Of a stretch of 53,546 bases of DNA, positions 8,605 through 17,287 are shown in pieces. Numbering within the stretch: position 1 is the first letter of the stretch; each line of letters begins with the position of its first letter. The notes beneath the pieces were generated by a model. That model saw nothing but the letters and a program-made list of their open reading frames with translations, was not told the DNA's origin and ran no database searches. A program made the position numbers and the translations under genes. Source of the stretch: a virus. Its lineage: Duplodnaviria > Caudoviricetes. The DNA is taken from positions 1 to 53,546 of the IMG/VR virus record IMGVR_UViG_3300025146_000019, one strand, 5' to 3'.

Positions 8605-9125
8605 TCTCTTCTCTCCCTGGCCCGGCGGGCCTTCATGGCGGCGGACACGCGCGCACGGCGCTCCGGCGTCCACTCGAACGTGGGTGCGCGGGAAGTTCCA
8701 CGCAGCTTCCGGGTCGCTGCGGCCTTACGCCCCACCTCGGCTGGGGTGGTCTTCCAGGCAGCCTGCCCTAAGCGACCCTCCGCATGCAGGCGCTTCGCAT
8801 TCCGTGAGCGTGACGCGCGCACCGCTGCAGTACTCTCTGGGCAACGTGCGATACGTGAGAGGTTCAGCAACCGCTCTGCCGGCAGCGAATCCAGCCAGGA
8901 CTGCTCCACTACGACCCGCACCTCCGCAATACACTCCTCCAACACGATCAACTGAAGGGCGCCCGCGCCGTGCTTATCGTGAATGGCCTGGAGCCAGCGG
9001 TTCCAGTGGAGACCAAGACGGAACATGCGCTGGTGCATGTACCAGCGCGACTCTATCGCCCGAGACGAACCCACGTACAGTTGTCCGCGCCTCGCGTAGA
9101 CGATTGCGTAGACGCCGCAGGTCAC
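8601..9125 (-). mobile_element. Free-standing GIY-YIG homing endonuclease
   Basis: GTG 9125. GVYAI...LYVGSS, RW..H, H.N..LQ, E..W, LLN and a basic C-terminal tail. Less GC-biased than neighbours. Confidence 0.85.
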
Positions 9126-10036
9126 CGGGAGCCCTCCGGCATGGCTGCCAGGAATTGGCGGGCCGTCAGGCTGTGGGGCAGCCACGGCTCCAGCCCCTCC
9201 CTGATCTCATCAATGTCGTTGAACAGTGGATAGTGTCCACGCACGTGCGACTTCCAGCAGCAGAGGATCGTCTCTACTTCTTGAAGCCCCACAGGACGGT
9301 CCATCCGTGGTGGCGCCTTGTAATCCTTGAACACGTCCAGTAGATAGTCCACCACCCCGTCGAGCGCCGCCTGGCGGTTCTTTGGCCGCGCGCTGTCGGG
9401 CAGCTGCATCTTGGCGCGCCACACCATCAGCGCCGCCTCAGCCGGGTCCCTGTACATGAAGACGCTGGCCCGGCTGAAGTCGACCGGGGTCTCCAGGACG
9501 CGGTCCAGCATGTCGCCCACCTTGAAGGCGATCCAGTCGCCGAACAGGTGGTGGCGCTTCACCCGCTGGCGCAGCTCCGCGAACGGCATGGGCCACACGG
9601 ACGTGGAGATGATGTAGCTCACCAGGTGCTGGGGCCCGTTGGGGTACTGCGTCGCCAGGTCGTGCACGCAGCGCTCCGCCGCCTCGCCACGCCAGTGCCG
9701 CCGCTCCGCCGCCCTGGGCCACCGTCCGCCCGTGGGCGCGGCCTCCTGGTTCCTGGCCGCCAGCAGCAGCGCCTGCCAGAAGCCGCGCCCCGCGTGCTGG
9801 CTCAGCCAGCAGCTGGCGCCCACGTGGTAGCAGCACCAGTAGGCGACCAGCCACCGCTGCAGCTGCTCGGCATCCAGGTGCTCGCTCTCCCGCATGCGGT
9901 GCAGCGCGACGTACACCGGGTCCAGGTCTCCTGACGCGAGGAGCTGCCGGCCGAAGTCCTCGACCGGCAGCACCTCGTAGGGGGGCACCCTCGGCGCTCT
10001 CTTCTTCTCCTCGCGTTGGGGTGCCGCCCGACTCAT
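9122..10036 (-). CDS. Amino acid:DNA transferase (aGPT-Pplase2/AADT family)
   Basis: ATG 10036. Motifs LLASGDLDPVY, RWLVAYWCCYH, WPRAAERRHWRG, FGDWIAFKVGDMLDRV and QEVETILCCWKSH. Confidence 0.88.
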   Translation of the reverse strand: MSRAAPQREEKKRAPRVPPYEVLPVEDFGRQLLASGDLDPVYVALHRMRESEHLDAEQLQRWLVAYWCCYHVGASCWLSQHAGRGFWQALLLAARNQEAAPTGGRWPRAAERRHWRGEAAERCVHDLATQYPNGPQHLVSYIISTSVWPMPFAELRQRVKRHHLFGDWIAFKVGDMLDRVLETPVDFSRASVFMYRDPAEAALMVWRAKMQLPDSARPKNRQAALDGVVDYLLDVFKDYKAPPRMDRPVGLQEVETILCCWKSHVRGHYPLFNDIDEIREGLEPWLPHSLTARQFLAAMPEGSR

Positions 10037-10386
10037 CCCTGCTCCTTCTCTCGCTTGGCCCGCTTCAGGTGCTCCTCGAAGCGCGCCAGGCCCTGCAGGT
10101 CGACGCCCGCGTGCTCCGCGTAGTTGCGGAGCATGAGCGGGTTCCAGCGGCCACCGCCCTGGATGCGCAGCCGCCGGCTGGCCAGCACCCGACGGTGGCT
10201 GGCCCCCTCCTCGTCGTCGCTCACCTCCACCGGGGCCCAGACGAACACCAGCTGGTTCCCCTGCTTGGAGACGAACAGCACGACGTCCGTGGCGCTCATC
10301 TTGTGGGGGCTGGCCTTCATCAGCTCGGTGAACATGGTGGCCTCGCTCTTGCGGAAGTCCGTCTCTGCCACGCGGACGAGTCTCAC
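10033..10386 (-). CDS. Hypothetical protein (117 aa)
   Basis: Coupled at both ends, typical codon bias. Confidence 0.75.
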   Translation of the reverse strand: MRLVRVAETDFRKSEATMFTELMKASPHKMSATDVVLFVSKQGNQLVFVWAPVEVSDDEEGASHRRVLASRRLRIQGGGRWNPLMLRNYAEHAGVDLQGLARFEEHLKRAKREKEQG

Positions 10387-10742
10387 GACGCACCTCCGAT
10401 CTGGTCCATGATCCGCTGCAGCTCGCGCCGCAGCAGCCGGTGGGCGATGGGCCGGATGGCCTCGGTGATCTCCGACTCGAGGTCGGTCATGGGCTCGGCG
10501 GCAGCAGCCCGCGCGGCCCTGTCAGCGGCGTGGACCTTCCGCGCAGCGGACAGGGCGCGCTTGTGACCACCGCTCATGGGCCTCTTGCGGTGCAGGCCCT
10601 TCTTCACCCAGTACTGGATGGTGTTGGGCTTCAGCCCGTGAGCAGCGGCCACCGCACCGCGAGCACCGCCCCTCTTGGCGCGGGCGTACTCGCGGGCGAT
10701 GGACGCCTTCTGCTCGGCGGACAAGTTGATGCGGGCAGCCAC
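10383..10742 (-). CDS. Small helix-turn-helix DNA-binding protein
   Basis: LSAEQKASIARE...AVAAAHGLKPNTIQYWVKK is an HTH pattern. GGAGG lies upstream of GTG 10742. Confidence 0.65.
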   Translation of the reverse strand: MAARINLSAEQKASIAREYARAKRGGARGAVAAAHGLKPNTIQYWVKKGLHRKRPMSGGHKRALSAARKVHAADRAARAAAAEPMTDLESEITEAIRPIAHRLLRRELQRIMDQIGGAS

Positions 10743-10744
10743 AG

Positions 10745-11263
10745 CTACTTGTCCTCCGCCTTCGGCTCCGTCGGCTTCCAGGTGATGGTCTCGCCGTCGG
10801 TGCTGATGAGGCGGTAGTCGTCCTCGGCCACCTCCTTGATGCCGAAGCCCAGCCGGTTGTTGAGGATGCGGAGCGCCTCGCTGAACTGGCGCTCGTTCCA
10901 CTTGGCCGCCTTCATCATCTCGGCGCCGGTGGCCCCACCCCGACGGCCCATGAGAGCCAGCACCACCTCGCGGCGGCTGCCGCGGCGCGGCTCCTGGACG
11001 GTCTTGGAGGCCGGGTAGAGCTTCAGGCGCGGCGCCTTGGGCTTGTCGTCGACCTTGTTGTTGGCGGGCAGCGCGGCCTGCCACCCGGTCAGCGCCTCGA
11101 GGGTGCGCTGCTGGGCGATGCCCTTGTCGCGGAACGCCTTGAGCCCGCGGCCGGTGATCTCGTTGAAGACGTCCAGCAGCGCGCCGAGCGTCATCGCTCC
11201 GATGGTGACGTGGGTGATCTCGCCGTGCTTCTTGGAGGGGAACGGGGTCTTGTTGGTCGCCAT
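10745..11263 (-). CDS. Winged-helix protein (DUF3489-like C-terminal half)
   Basis: Strong RBS AAAAGGAG. RRGSRREVVLALMGRRGGAT..EMMKAAKW. Confidence 0.65.
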   Translation of the reverse strand: MATNKTPFPSKKHGEITHVTIGAMTLGALLDVFNEITGRGLKAFRDKGIAQQRTLEALTGWQAALPANNKVDDKPKAPRLKLYPASKTVQEPRRGSRREVVLALMGRRGGATGAEMMKAAKWNERQFSEALRILNNRLGFGIKEVAEDDYRLISTDGETITWKPTEPKAEDK

Positions 11264-11313
11264 TGTCTGTTGCTCCTTTTCTGGGTCGCGCCGGAAACCG
11301 ACGCGTGACTATC

Positions 11314-11342
11314 AGTCTGGCTCGACCTGCGAGAAAAGGCAA
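11314..11342 (-). promoter_or_regulatory. Putative sigma70-type promoter TTGCCT-N17-CAGACT upstream of the modification operon
   Basis: Intergenic. Member of a recurrent TTGCnn-N17/18 family. Confidence 0.5.
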
Positions 11343-11346
11343 TACC

Positions 11347-11643
11347 TCATCTGGGTTTTTCTTTCGTAGCCTGCAACTGCTTCCTGGCATCTTGCAGGGC
11401 AGACTCAGCGGCCTCCGCGCGGACCGCCATCTGGCTGGCGCGGTGCACGGACACCATGTTGGCCTCCAGGGCGCGGGCCAGCTCCGCCTGCACCCGCGCC
11501 AGGGTGGCGGCGCAGGTGTCCAGGTCCTCCATCAGAGTGGTGTTCTGCGCCTCCAAAGCCAGGACCTTCTCCTCCAGCGCTGCCACCTTGCTCTCGTAGC
11601 GCTCGCAGCAACTGGGGTCCATGATGACCTCTGAGCCGCTCAT
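11347..11643 (-). CDS. Coiled-coil hypothetical protein
   Basis: ATGA overlap with the helicase. Heptad-like sequence. Confidence 0.7.
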   Translation of the reverse strand: MSGSEVIMDPSCCERYESKVAALEEKVLALEAQNTTLMEDLDTCAATLARVQAELARALEANMVSVHRASQMAVRAEAAESALQDARKQLQATKEKPR

Positions 11644-12866
11644 CGCACCACCGTGACCCGGACCGCGGCCCGCGTGAGCGCGGTGTACAGCCATCGTCGG
11701 GCGTTCTCGCGGAACACCCCGCTCTCGTCGATGACCAGCACGTCGTTCCACTGGCTGCCCTGCGCCTTGTGGACCGTGAGCGCGTAGCCGTAGTCGAACT
11801 CCTGGGCCTCCTTGCGCTCGTACCAGGGCAGCTCCTCGCGGTCACCGCGCAGGTGGCACGCGTGGGCCGTCACCTCCAGCTGCGGCCCGCCCTCCTCCGG
11901 CTCCACCGTGAGGCACAGGCGGTCCTCGATGGGCTGAGTGGCGTCCTCCACTGCCCTCCAGAGGGTGCCGTTCAGCAGCCCCACCTTGTGGTCGTTGCGC
12001 AGGCAGACTAGCCGGTCGCCCTCCCGCGGCTTCCAGTCGACGTTGCCCACCAGCTGGCGGTACCGCTTGTTCACCGCGTGGCGGGTGGCGTTGCGACCGC
12101 AGAGGATCTGGTCCGCTGACATGTAGTCGTTCTGGTGCGTCTGGCTCTTGGGGATCACGTGGCACCCCGAGCCGTGGTCGCCCATGGCGACTGCGCGGCC
12201 CTCGCGGACGTCGGTGGCCATGCGTATGATCGGGCTCTCCGCCGCCTGCCGGTGAATCTCCGTGAGCATGGTGTTGGGCTGGCGACTGGTGAAGTAGCCG
12301 CCGCCCATGACCGGAGGCAGCTGGGCCGGGTCGCCCAGCACCAGGATCTTCTTGCGGAAGGACTCCAGGTCACGCCCGATGCGCTCGTCCACCATGGAGC
12401 ACTCGTCGATGACGACCAGGTCGGCGCCTGCCAGTTCCGACTCGCCCGACAGCTCGAAGCTCAGCTGGCGCAGCGCGCGGCGCTCACTCACGCGCTGGCG
12501 CTTCAGCTGCTCCATCTGGGCGCGCAGCGCTGGGGTCGGGTCAACGAGCAGCGCCGCCTCCACCTCCGCCATCTTCTGCTCCACTGCCAGCAGCCCCTGG
12601 CGCGACTTCTCCTTGGGGTGGTAGATGAGGCTGTGGATCGTCTGGGCGCCTGCGCAACCCTTGGCGCGCAGCACCGCTGCTGCCTTGCCGGTGTAGGCGG
12701 CGAAGACCACGCGCCCGTCGACCTGCTCCGCCAGGTAGCGAGCCAGGGTCGTCTTTCCCGAGCCAGCGTAGCCTGCCAGGTAGTAGACCTGGTCCTCCTC
12801 GACCGGCAGCTTGAACCACCGGTCCACGTCGCGGAGGGCCGCGTCCTGCTGTGGGGGGAATTCCAT
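11640..12866 (-). CDS. SF1 DNA helicase (Dda/RecD2-like)
   Basis: GYAGSGKTT, VVIDECSM, LGDPAQLPPV, LTEIHRQ, YGYALTVHKAQGSQW and LYTALTRA. Confidence 0.93.
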   Translation of the reverse strand: MEFPPQQDAALRDVDRWFKLPVEEDQVYYLAGYAGSGKTTLARYLAEQVDGRVVFAAYTGKAAAVLRAKGCAGAQTIHSLIYHPKEKSRQGLLAVEQKMAEVEAALLVDPTPALRAQMEQLKRQRVSERRALRQLSFELSGESELAGADLVVIDECSMVDERIGRDLESFRKKILVLGDPAQLPPVMGGGYFTSRQPNTMLTEIHRQAAESPIIRMATDVREGRAVAMGDHGSGCHVIPKSQTHQNDYMSADQILCGRNATRHAVNKRYRQLVGNVDWKPREGDRLVCLRNDHKVGLLNGTLWRAVEDATQPIEDRLCLTVEPEEGGPQLEVTAHACHLRGDREELPWYERKEAQEFDYGYALTVHKAQGSQWNDVLVIDESGVFRENARRWLYTALTRAAVRVTVVR

Positions 12867-12875
12867 GGGGGTCCT

Positions 12876-12999
12876 GGAGAGTGGAGTAGCCGCGAGCGGG
12901 CGCAGCAGGCACGGCGGGCCTCCTCTCGGAGGCCTCGCTTCCCAGGGGAGGGATTCACCGTGTTGACGCCGATGCCCGGCGCCCGCTCGCGGCCTCTCC
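12876..12999 (-). ncRNA. Putative structured RNA element (multibranch, GNRA-capped)
   Basis: Perfect 15-bp inverted repeat at 12889-12903/12979-12993 enclosing hairpin GGCCTCC-GAGA-GGAGGCC (12917-12934, minus strand). Confidence 0.5.
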
Positions 13000-13001
13000 G
13001 G

Positions 13002-13844
13002 CTAGAAGTGGGTGAAGCCCCCCTGGTCACCCGCTCCACCGCCGGAGGTCTGCTCCTCGCGGGAGTGGTCGGCCTTCATGGCGCCGGACATCACCGCCTC
13101 GCGCACGGCCTTGGCAGCGACCATGCAGGGGTGACCAGGCGGCAGCAGGCTCGTGATCGGCTTGCCGGTGGCGGGAGCCACGTCGACGTTGTGCCAGACG
13201 TTGCCCTGCTTCTCGACCTTGTGGGTCGTGAGCCGGCTGTGGTAGGCCCACAGGGGTGGGACCTGCTTGCGCCCGCCCGGGGCCGGGACCGTCAGCATGT
13301 CGAACTGACTGGTCCACTTCTTGTAGGGTCGGATCTTGGTGGAGGAGCAGCCGATGACGATGGGCTCGTAGGGCTGACCGTCCTCCACGCGCACCGCGTA
13401 GATGTAGAAGGTCTCGACCAGCTCGTTGCCCTCCGGGGTGAAGTACTCACCGAAGGTCTTGGACGCAGCCTTGGCCGCCCTGACCACGTCGCTGTCTGGC
13501 TTGTGGGTGGCGATGAACCCGCCGCCCGCGTCGCGGGGGCGCCACTCCACGAACAGGTGCTGCGTCATGGCGGGCACGAACTCGATGCCGTCCTTGCCGT
13601 CGTAGATCTGCTCGGTGGCGGTGTTGAAGAGCGCACCCGGCTTGGCGCCCGCCATCTCACCGGTGACCTGCGGGCTGTTGCTCTGGAGCACGGTGACGAA
13701 CGGCACCAGGCGGTCAGCCTGACCGCGGTCCTCGCGCCCGCCGCCAACATCCTCGCCGTAGTCGTACACCTCCAGCGACTGCTCCTGCGGACGAGTCTCG
13801 AGCGCCTCACTGGGCGCTGCACTGCCGGTCTTCTTGCTTGACAT
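13002..13844 (-). CDS. Putative single-stranded DNA-binding/annealing protein
   Basis: PFVTVLQSNSPQV..GAKPG..FNT and FVEWRPR..GGGF; flexible tail ending in F; located between replication genes. RBS GAGGAG. Confidence 0.65.
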   Translation of the reverse strand: MSSKKTGSAAPSEALETRPQEQSLEVYDYGEDVGGGREDRGQADRLVPFVTVLQSNSPQVTGEMAGAKPGALFNTATEQIYDGKDGIEFVPAMTQHLFVEWRPRDAGGGFIATHKPDSDVVRAAKAASKTFGEYFTPEGNELVETFYIYAVRVEDGQPYEPIVIGCSSTKIRPYKKWTSQFDMLTVPAPGGRKQVPPLWAYHSRLTTHKVEKQGNVWHNVDVAPATGKPITSLLPPGHPCMVAAKAVREAVMSGAMKADHSREEQTSGGGAGDQGGFTHF

Positions 13845-13953
13845 TGTCTCTCCTCGTGGTTGTTGCCGGTCCGTTGCGTCAGCAGCCCCGACCGAGCGCG
13901 GGCCCCCACCACTGTGCGGCTGTTCAGCCGCGAGCAGGTGGCGCTCACATCTT

Positions 13954-14505
13954 CTACTTGAGCTTGGCGACCTGCTTCTGGAAGACGCCGAACAGCTCGA
14001 GCGGCAGGTCCTCCCCGTCCTCGAGCATCTGCCGTACGAAGGCGCGCAGGGTGGACCAGTGTACGTCCTTCTTCATCTTGGGCTTCACGCCCTTCTCCGC
14101 CAGGATCCCCTGCAGCTCGTCGGCCAGCTCATCCGAGTCCTTGCCTAGGTCAGCGGTGATCTGGTTCTTGATCATGCCTCCGTAGCCGTTGTCCTCGAGC
14201 CAGGCGTGCGCCGCCTCCGCGCGTTCCTTCGAGATGCCTGCCTCGACCACCTTCTCGATGACCAGGTGCAGGCCAGCCTCCGTCTTGAACTCCGCGATGC
14301 CCAGCTCGCGCATGGCCTCGGGCAGCATGCGCTCGGTGACGTCGCGGTAGTCGTCCTCGGCCTTCTTCAGCTCGAGCTTGCGCTCCTCGATGAGCTGCGC
14401 CCGCTCGAGCATGAGCGCCACCATGCGCGTGAGCGTGGCCAGGGAGGCCCCGGTGGGCTGATCCTGATACGCCGAGTAGTCGTGAGCCGCTCTCTCGTCC
14501 GACAC
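13954..14505 (-). CDS. Conserved phage replication-module protein (coiled coil plus HxSTLxAFV motif)
   Basis: RBS AAAAGGAG then GTG 14505. LPEAM...FKT...WLEDNG.G.MIK...VHWSTLRAFVRQ. Confidence 0.7.
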   Translation of the reverse strand: MSDERAAHDYSAYQDQPTGASLATLTRMVALMLERAQLIEERKLELKKAEDDYRDVTERMLPEAMRELGIAEFKTEAGLHLVIEKVVEAGISKERAEAAHAWLEDNGYGGMIKNQITADLGKDSDELADELQGILAEKGVKPKMKKDVHWSTLRAFVRQMLEDGEDLPLELFGVFQKQVAKLK

Positions 14506-14601
14506 TGCTTCTCCTTTTCTGCCCTGACGCGCCAGTCCCCCGACCCGCGTCCCCCGTCCATCCATCCCACCCAAGCTGCGGCGTTACGAATCCGCCCCTC
14601 C

Positions 14602-14631
14602 CTCATAGCCCCACCGCGTGTCATCAGGCAA
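14602..14631 (-). promoter_or_regulatory. Putative promoter TTGCCT-N18-TATGAG
   Basis: Intergenic, member of the recurrent family. Confidence 0.45.
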
Positions 14632-14632
14632 G

Positions 14633-15037
14633 TCAGCCAGAGCGCTCAGGACCAAGTTTTTGGTCCGTCCCGCGAGACGGATCCGTTTTCGACCCGCCAA
14701 GGTCCGGTGACACCACGAGGTAGCGGCCCTCCTTGCCCGACCACTGCAGCATGCGCCACCGCCCCCGGTTCACCGCCGCAGCGATCACACACGCGATCCC
14801 GATGAGGCAGGGGTTGCCCACCAGCAGCAGGCTGTCCGCGTCGCCGTAGCCTCGCAGCTTCTCCATCATCTCCTGGGTCACCGACTCCAGGTTCCAGGGC
14901 CCGGCGCTGGGGCTCAGCAGGTACACCAGCTCCCCGTGCTCCCGGGCCGGGCTGAGGTCGAACTTGGGCACCAGCCGCTGCTCGTCCTCGGACCAGTGGT
15001 GCTGCTGCTGGACCACGAACACTCTGCCACTGCTCAT
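14633..15037 (-). CDS. Conserved hypothetical phage protein adjacent to SNF2 helicase
   Basis: ATGA overlap. DSLLLVGNP...MLQWSGKEGRY. Confidence 0.75.
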   Translation of the reverse strand: MSSGRVFVVQQQHHWSEDEQRLVPKFDLSPAREHGELVYLLSPSAGPWNLESVTQEMMEKLRGYGDADSLLLVGNPCLIGIACVIAAAVNRGRWRMLQWSGKEGRYLVVSPDLGGSKTDPSRGTDQKLGPERSG

Positions 15038-16575
15038 CGCAACCACTCCCTCAGGCTGTCGCCGGTGACCTGGGCAGCCACGTCCATCTTCGCCTGGAGC
15101 GCGGCCACGATGCGCTCGTCGACTGTGTCCGGCGCCACCAGGTCGACGTAGTGGACCGGGTGTACCTGCCCGATGCGGTGGGCCCGGTCCTCCGACTGGA
15201 GGCGCTCTGTGAGCTTGAAGCTGTTGTTGTAGTAGATCACGGTGCGCGCCGCGTGGAGCGTCAGGCCCTCACCGGCAGCAGCCGGGTTGCCGACGAAGAA
15301 CTCCGCATCCCCCTGTTGGAAGGAGCGCACCGCGTCGCCGCGCTCCTTGTCCTTCACGGTGCCGTCGTAGCGCACCCACGTCCGCTTGGCGGCGGTGAGC
15401 GCCTCGCAGATCAGGTCAATGTCCCGGCGGAAGCGCGCCCAGATGATTGCCTGGTGGGGCAGGTCCTCCACGATGCCCAGGAGGGTGTCGAGGCGAGGGT
15501 TGCCGCCGGGGATGTCCTCCAGCTTGGCCCTGAACGTCATCAGCTCTGGCTGCAGGTGGGCGACCCCGGCGTCGGTGGGTGGGATCTCCGCGGTCGTGGC
15601 GGGCACATACCCACAGGTGATCTGCTGGAGCCGCAGCAGCCGCACGATGGCGAGCGGTGCCATGACCTCTGCGCCGCTGTCCAGCTCTGCGACGAACCCC
15701 TCGCGCAGCTCGTCGTACAGCCGGCGCTGCGCGGGGGTCAGCTCGAAGCTCACGCGGCTGTAGAGCTTGGGCGGCAGGTCCAGGCCAGCCTGGTCCTTGG
15801 TGATGCGCGTGGCCACGCGGTCGACGATCTTGTGCAGCTGGTCGAGCCGCGTGTAGCTGACCAGGCGCGGGAACCGACGGCCCCCCGCCCAGCCGTCCTC
15901 CCACACGCCGAAGTACGCCTTCATGGCGCCGAAGGTCCCCAGCCCGTGGCGGTGCCAGAACTTCTCCTCCAGGAACTTCAGTGGCGAGTAGACGTCGAAC
16001 GGTCCGTTGGCCACCGGGGTGCCGTCCAGCAGCCTGCGATACGGCGCGTAGCGAGCGCTGGCCAGCACCGTGCGGGTGCGGATGGTGCGCGGAGTCTTGA
16101 TGCGGCGGGCCTCGTCCAGGACGTACAGGCAGCGGCGCCGGGTGAGGAACGCCTTGGCCAGCGCCTTGCCGCGCGTCGTGCAGAACCCGTCGTAGCTCAT
16201 GGTGAGCACCGCCAGGCCCCCGCACTCCAGCAGCGCCTCCGCCGCCGCCTGCTGCTTCCTGGTCTTGGCCCGGGACGAGTACCAGGCCAGGCAGGTGGTC
16301 GGGACGACGTCCGGCATGTGCGCCGGCACCTCATCGGTCACCCAGTTCCGGTGCACCCCCTCCGGAGCCAGCACCAGCAGTCCGCTGGCCAGTCCGCGCA
16401 TGTACAGCCAGGCTGCCGTGTCGATGGTGAGCTTGGACTTGCCGGTGCCCTGCTCCCAGTAGATTGCCCGGGTGGGCTCCTCCCTGCTGCGCTCCCACTC
16501 CTCCAGCTGGTGCCGGAAGGGGGTCGTCTTCCACGGGTAGTGCTCGGAGTCTCGTGCCTCAATCGTGTCCACCAT
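15034..16575 (-). CDS. SNF2-family helicase/ATPase
   Basis: EQGTGKS, VLDEAR, LDGTP, IIWARF, AAGEGLTL and QSEDRAHRIGQ. RBS AAAAGGAG. Confidence 0.93.
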   Translation of the reverse strand: MVDTIEARDSEHYPWKTTPFRHQLEEWERSREEPTRAIYWEQGTGKSKLTIDTAAWLYMRGLASGLLVLAPEGVHRNWVTDEVPAHMPDVVPTTCLAWYSSRAKTRKQQAAAEALLECGGLAVLTMSYDGFCTTRGKALAKAFLTRRRCLYVLDEARRIKTPRTIRTRTVLASARYAPYRRLLDGTPVANGPFDVYSPLKFLEEKFWHRHGLGTFGAMKAYFGVWEDGWAGGRRFPRLVSYTRLDQLHKIVDRVATRITKDQAGLDLPPKLYSRVSFELTPAQRRLYDELREGFVAELDSGAEVMAPLAIVRLLRLQQITCGYVPATTAEIPPTDAGVAHLQPELMTFRAKLEDIPGGNPRLDTLLGIVEDLPHQAIIWARFRRDIDLICEALTAAKRTWVRYDGTVKDKERGDAVRSFQQGDAEFFVGNPAAAGEGLTLHAARTVIYYNNSFKLTERLQSEDRAHRIGQVHPVHYVDLVAPDTVDERIVAALQAKMDVAAQVTGDSLREWLR

Positions 16576-16597
16576 GCTGCTCCTTTTCTAGGTGCAG

Positions 16598-16823
16598 CCT
16601 ATACAGCAACGACACTCCGGAGAGCAAGCACCGCGTGCGGTCAACTTGCTCGCGCTCCGACACGCCTCGACTTCCCGTTCGTGTTCTCCCTGCGATGCCG
16701 CGGGGAACTCGACGTACTCGACCAGCTCGACCGTTTCGCAGTTCGCCCGAGCCGAGGCTCGCGGGGCCACCGACCCCTCCCTCAATTCCCTACTCTTCTT
16801 CTTAGAAGTAGAGGGAGTCGAGT
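16598..16823 (-). repeat. Copy A of a ~220-bp iteron-containing element (inverted copy at 45461-45671)
   Basis: On the minus strand: ACTCGACTCCCTCTACTTCTAAGAAGAAGAGTAG, then a GC-rich spacer, GAAACGGTCGAGCTGGTCGAGTACGTCGAGTTCCCCGCG, CACGAACGGGAAGTCGAG, and finally TTGCTC-N18-TATAGG. Confidence 0.85.
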
Positions 16824-17287
16824 TCTTGAAGAGCCCCTGGTGGGGCCACGGGAATCGGGCGCTCCGACACCGCTTGTCCTGTTGCCCTCTGTGCGAGGAG
16901 GTCGAGGCACGGCTGACAGACGATGGCACCCAGCCGGTCGGGCCGCAGCGTGATGCGCTGGCGGCACCGCCAGCAGGGCATGGGGTAGGGCTGGCCCGTC
17001 GGGATCAGCGCCCGCTCCCTGCCCAGGTCCGTCACCAGCAGGAACTGCCGCAGTGTCAGGCCGGTGTAGCCGCTGCTATCGTTCCGGAACACGTAGGTCC
17101 AGGGTCCGCCGGTCGGGTCAACCCGGTGCAGCCACCACCGGTCTCGACTGGGCGGCAGCGGGTACTCCGCGCCCAGGCGGCCCGGGTGCCCGAGTGGGAG
17201 ACCAGCCACGACCGGCGGCTGGGGTCGCGTGGGTCGCTGGGGCGGCACAGGTGCTGGCGCAGCCGGCTGTCTCGGCCTCGATCGCAT
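16802..17287 (-). CDS. Hypothetical protein with CxxC...CxxC zinc ribbon
   Basis: GAGAGGGT upstream of ATG 17287. CWRC...CQPC. The 3' end overlaps repeat copy A. Confidence 0.55.
   Translation of the reverse strand: MRSRPRQPAAPAPVPPQRPTRPQPPVVAGLPLGHPGRLGAEYPLPPSRDRWWLHRVDPTGGPWTYVFRNDSSGYTGLTLRQFLLVTDLGRERALIPTGQPYPMPCWRCRQRITLRPDRLGAIVCQPCLDLLAQRATGQAVSERPIPVAPPGALQELDSLYF

Noticed and set aside
8601-9125. Group I intron housing the GIY-YIG gene
   Set aside because: Flanking genes look complete and overlap the ORF directly, leaving no room for intron core structure.
10383-10742. Transposase-like HTH suggesting an IS element
   Set aside because: No DDE catalytic ORF, terminal inverted repeats or target duplication seen. 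The gene is coupled within the operon.
12876-12999. tRNA or known riboswitch in the structured spacer
   Set aside because: No T-loop/D-loop consensus or CCA, and I could not match a known riboswitch consensus by eye.
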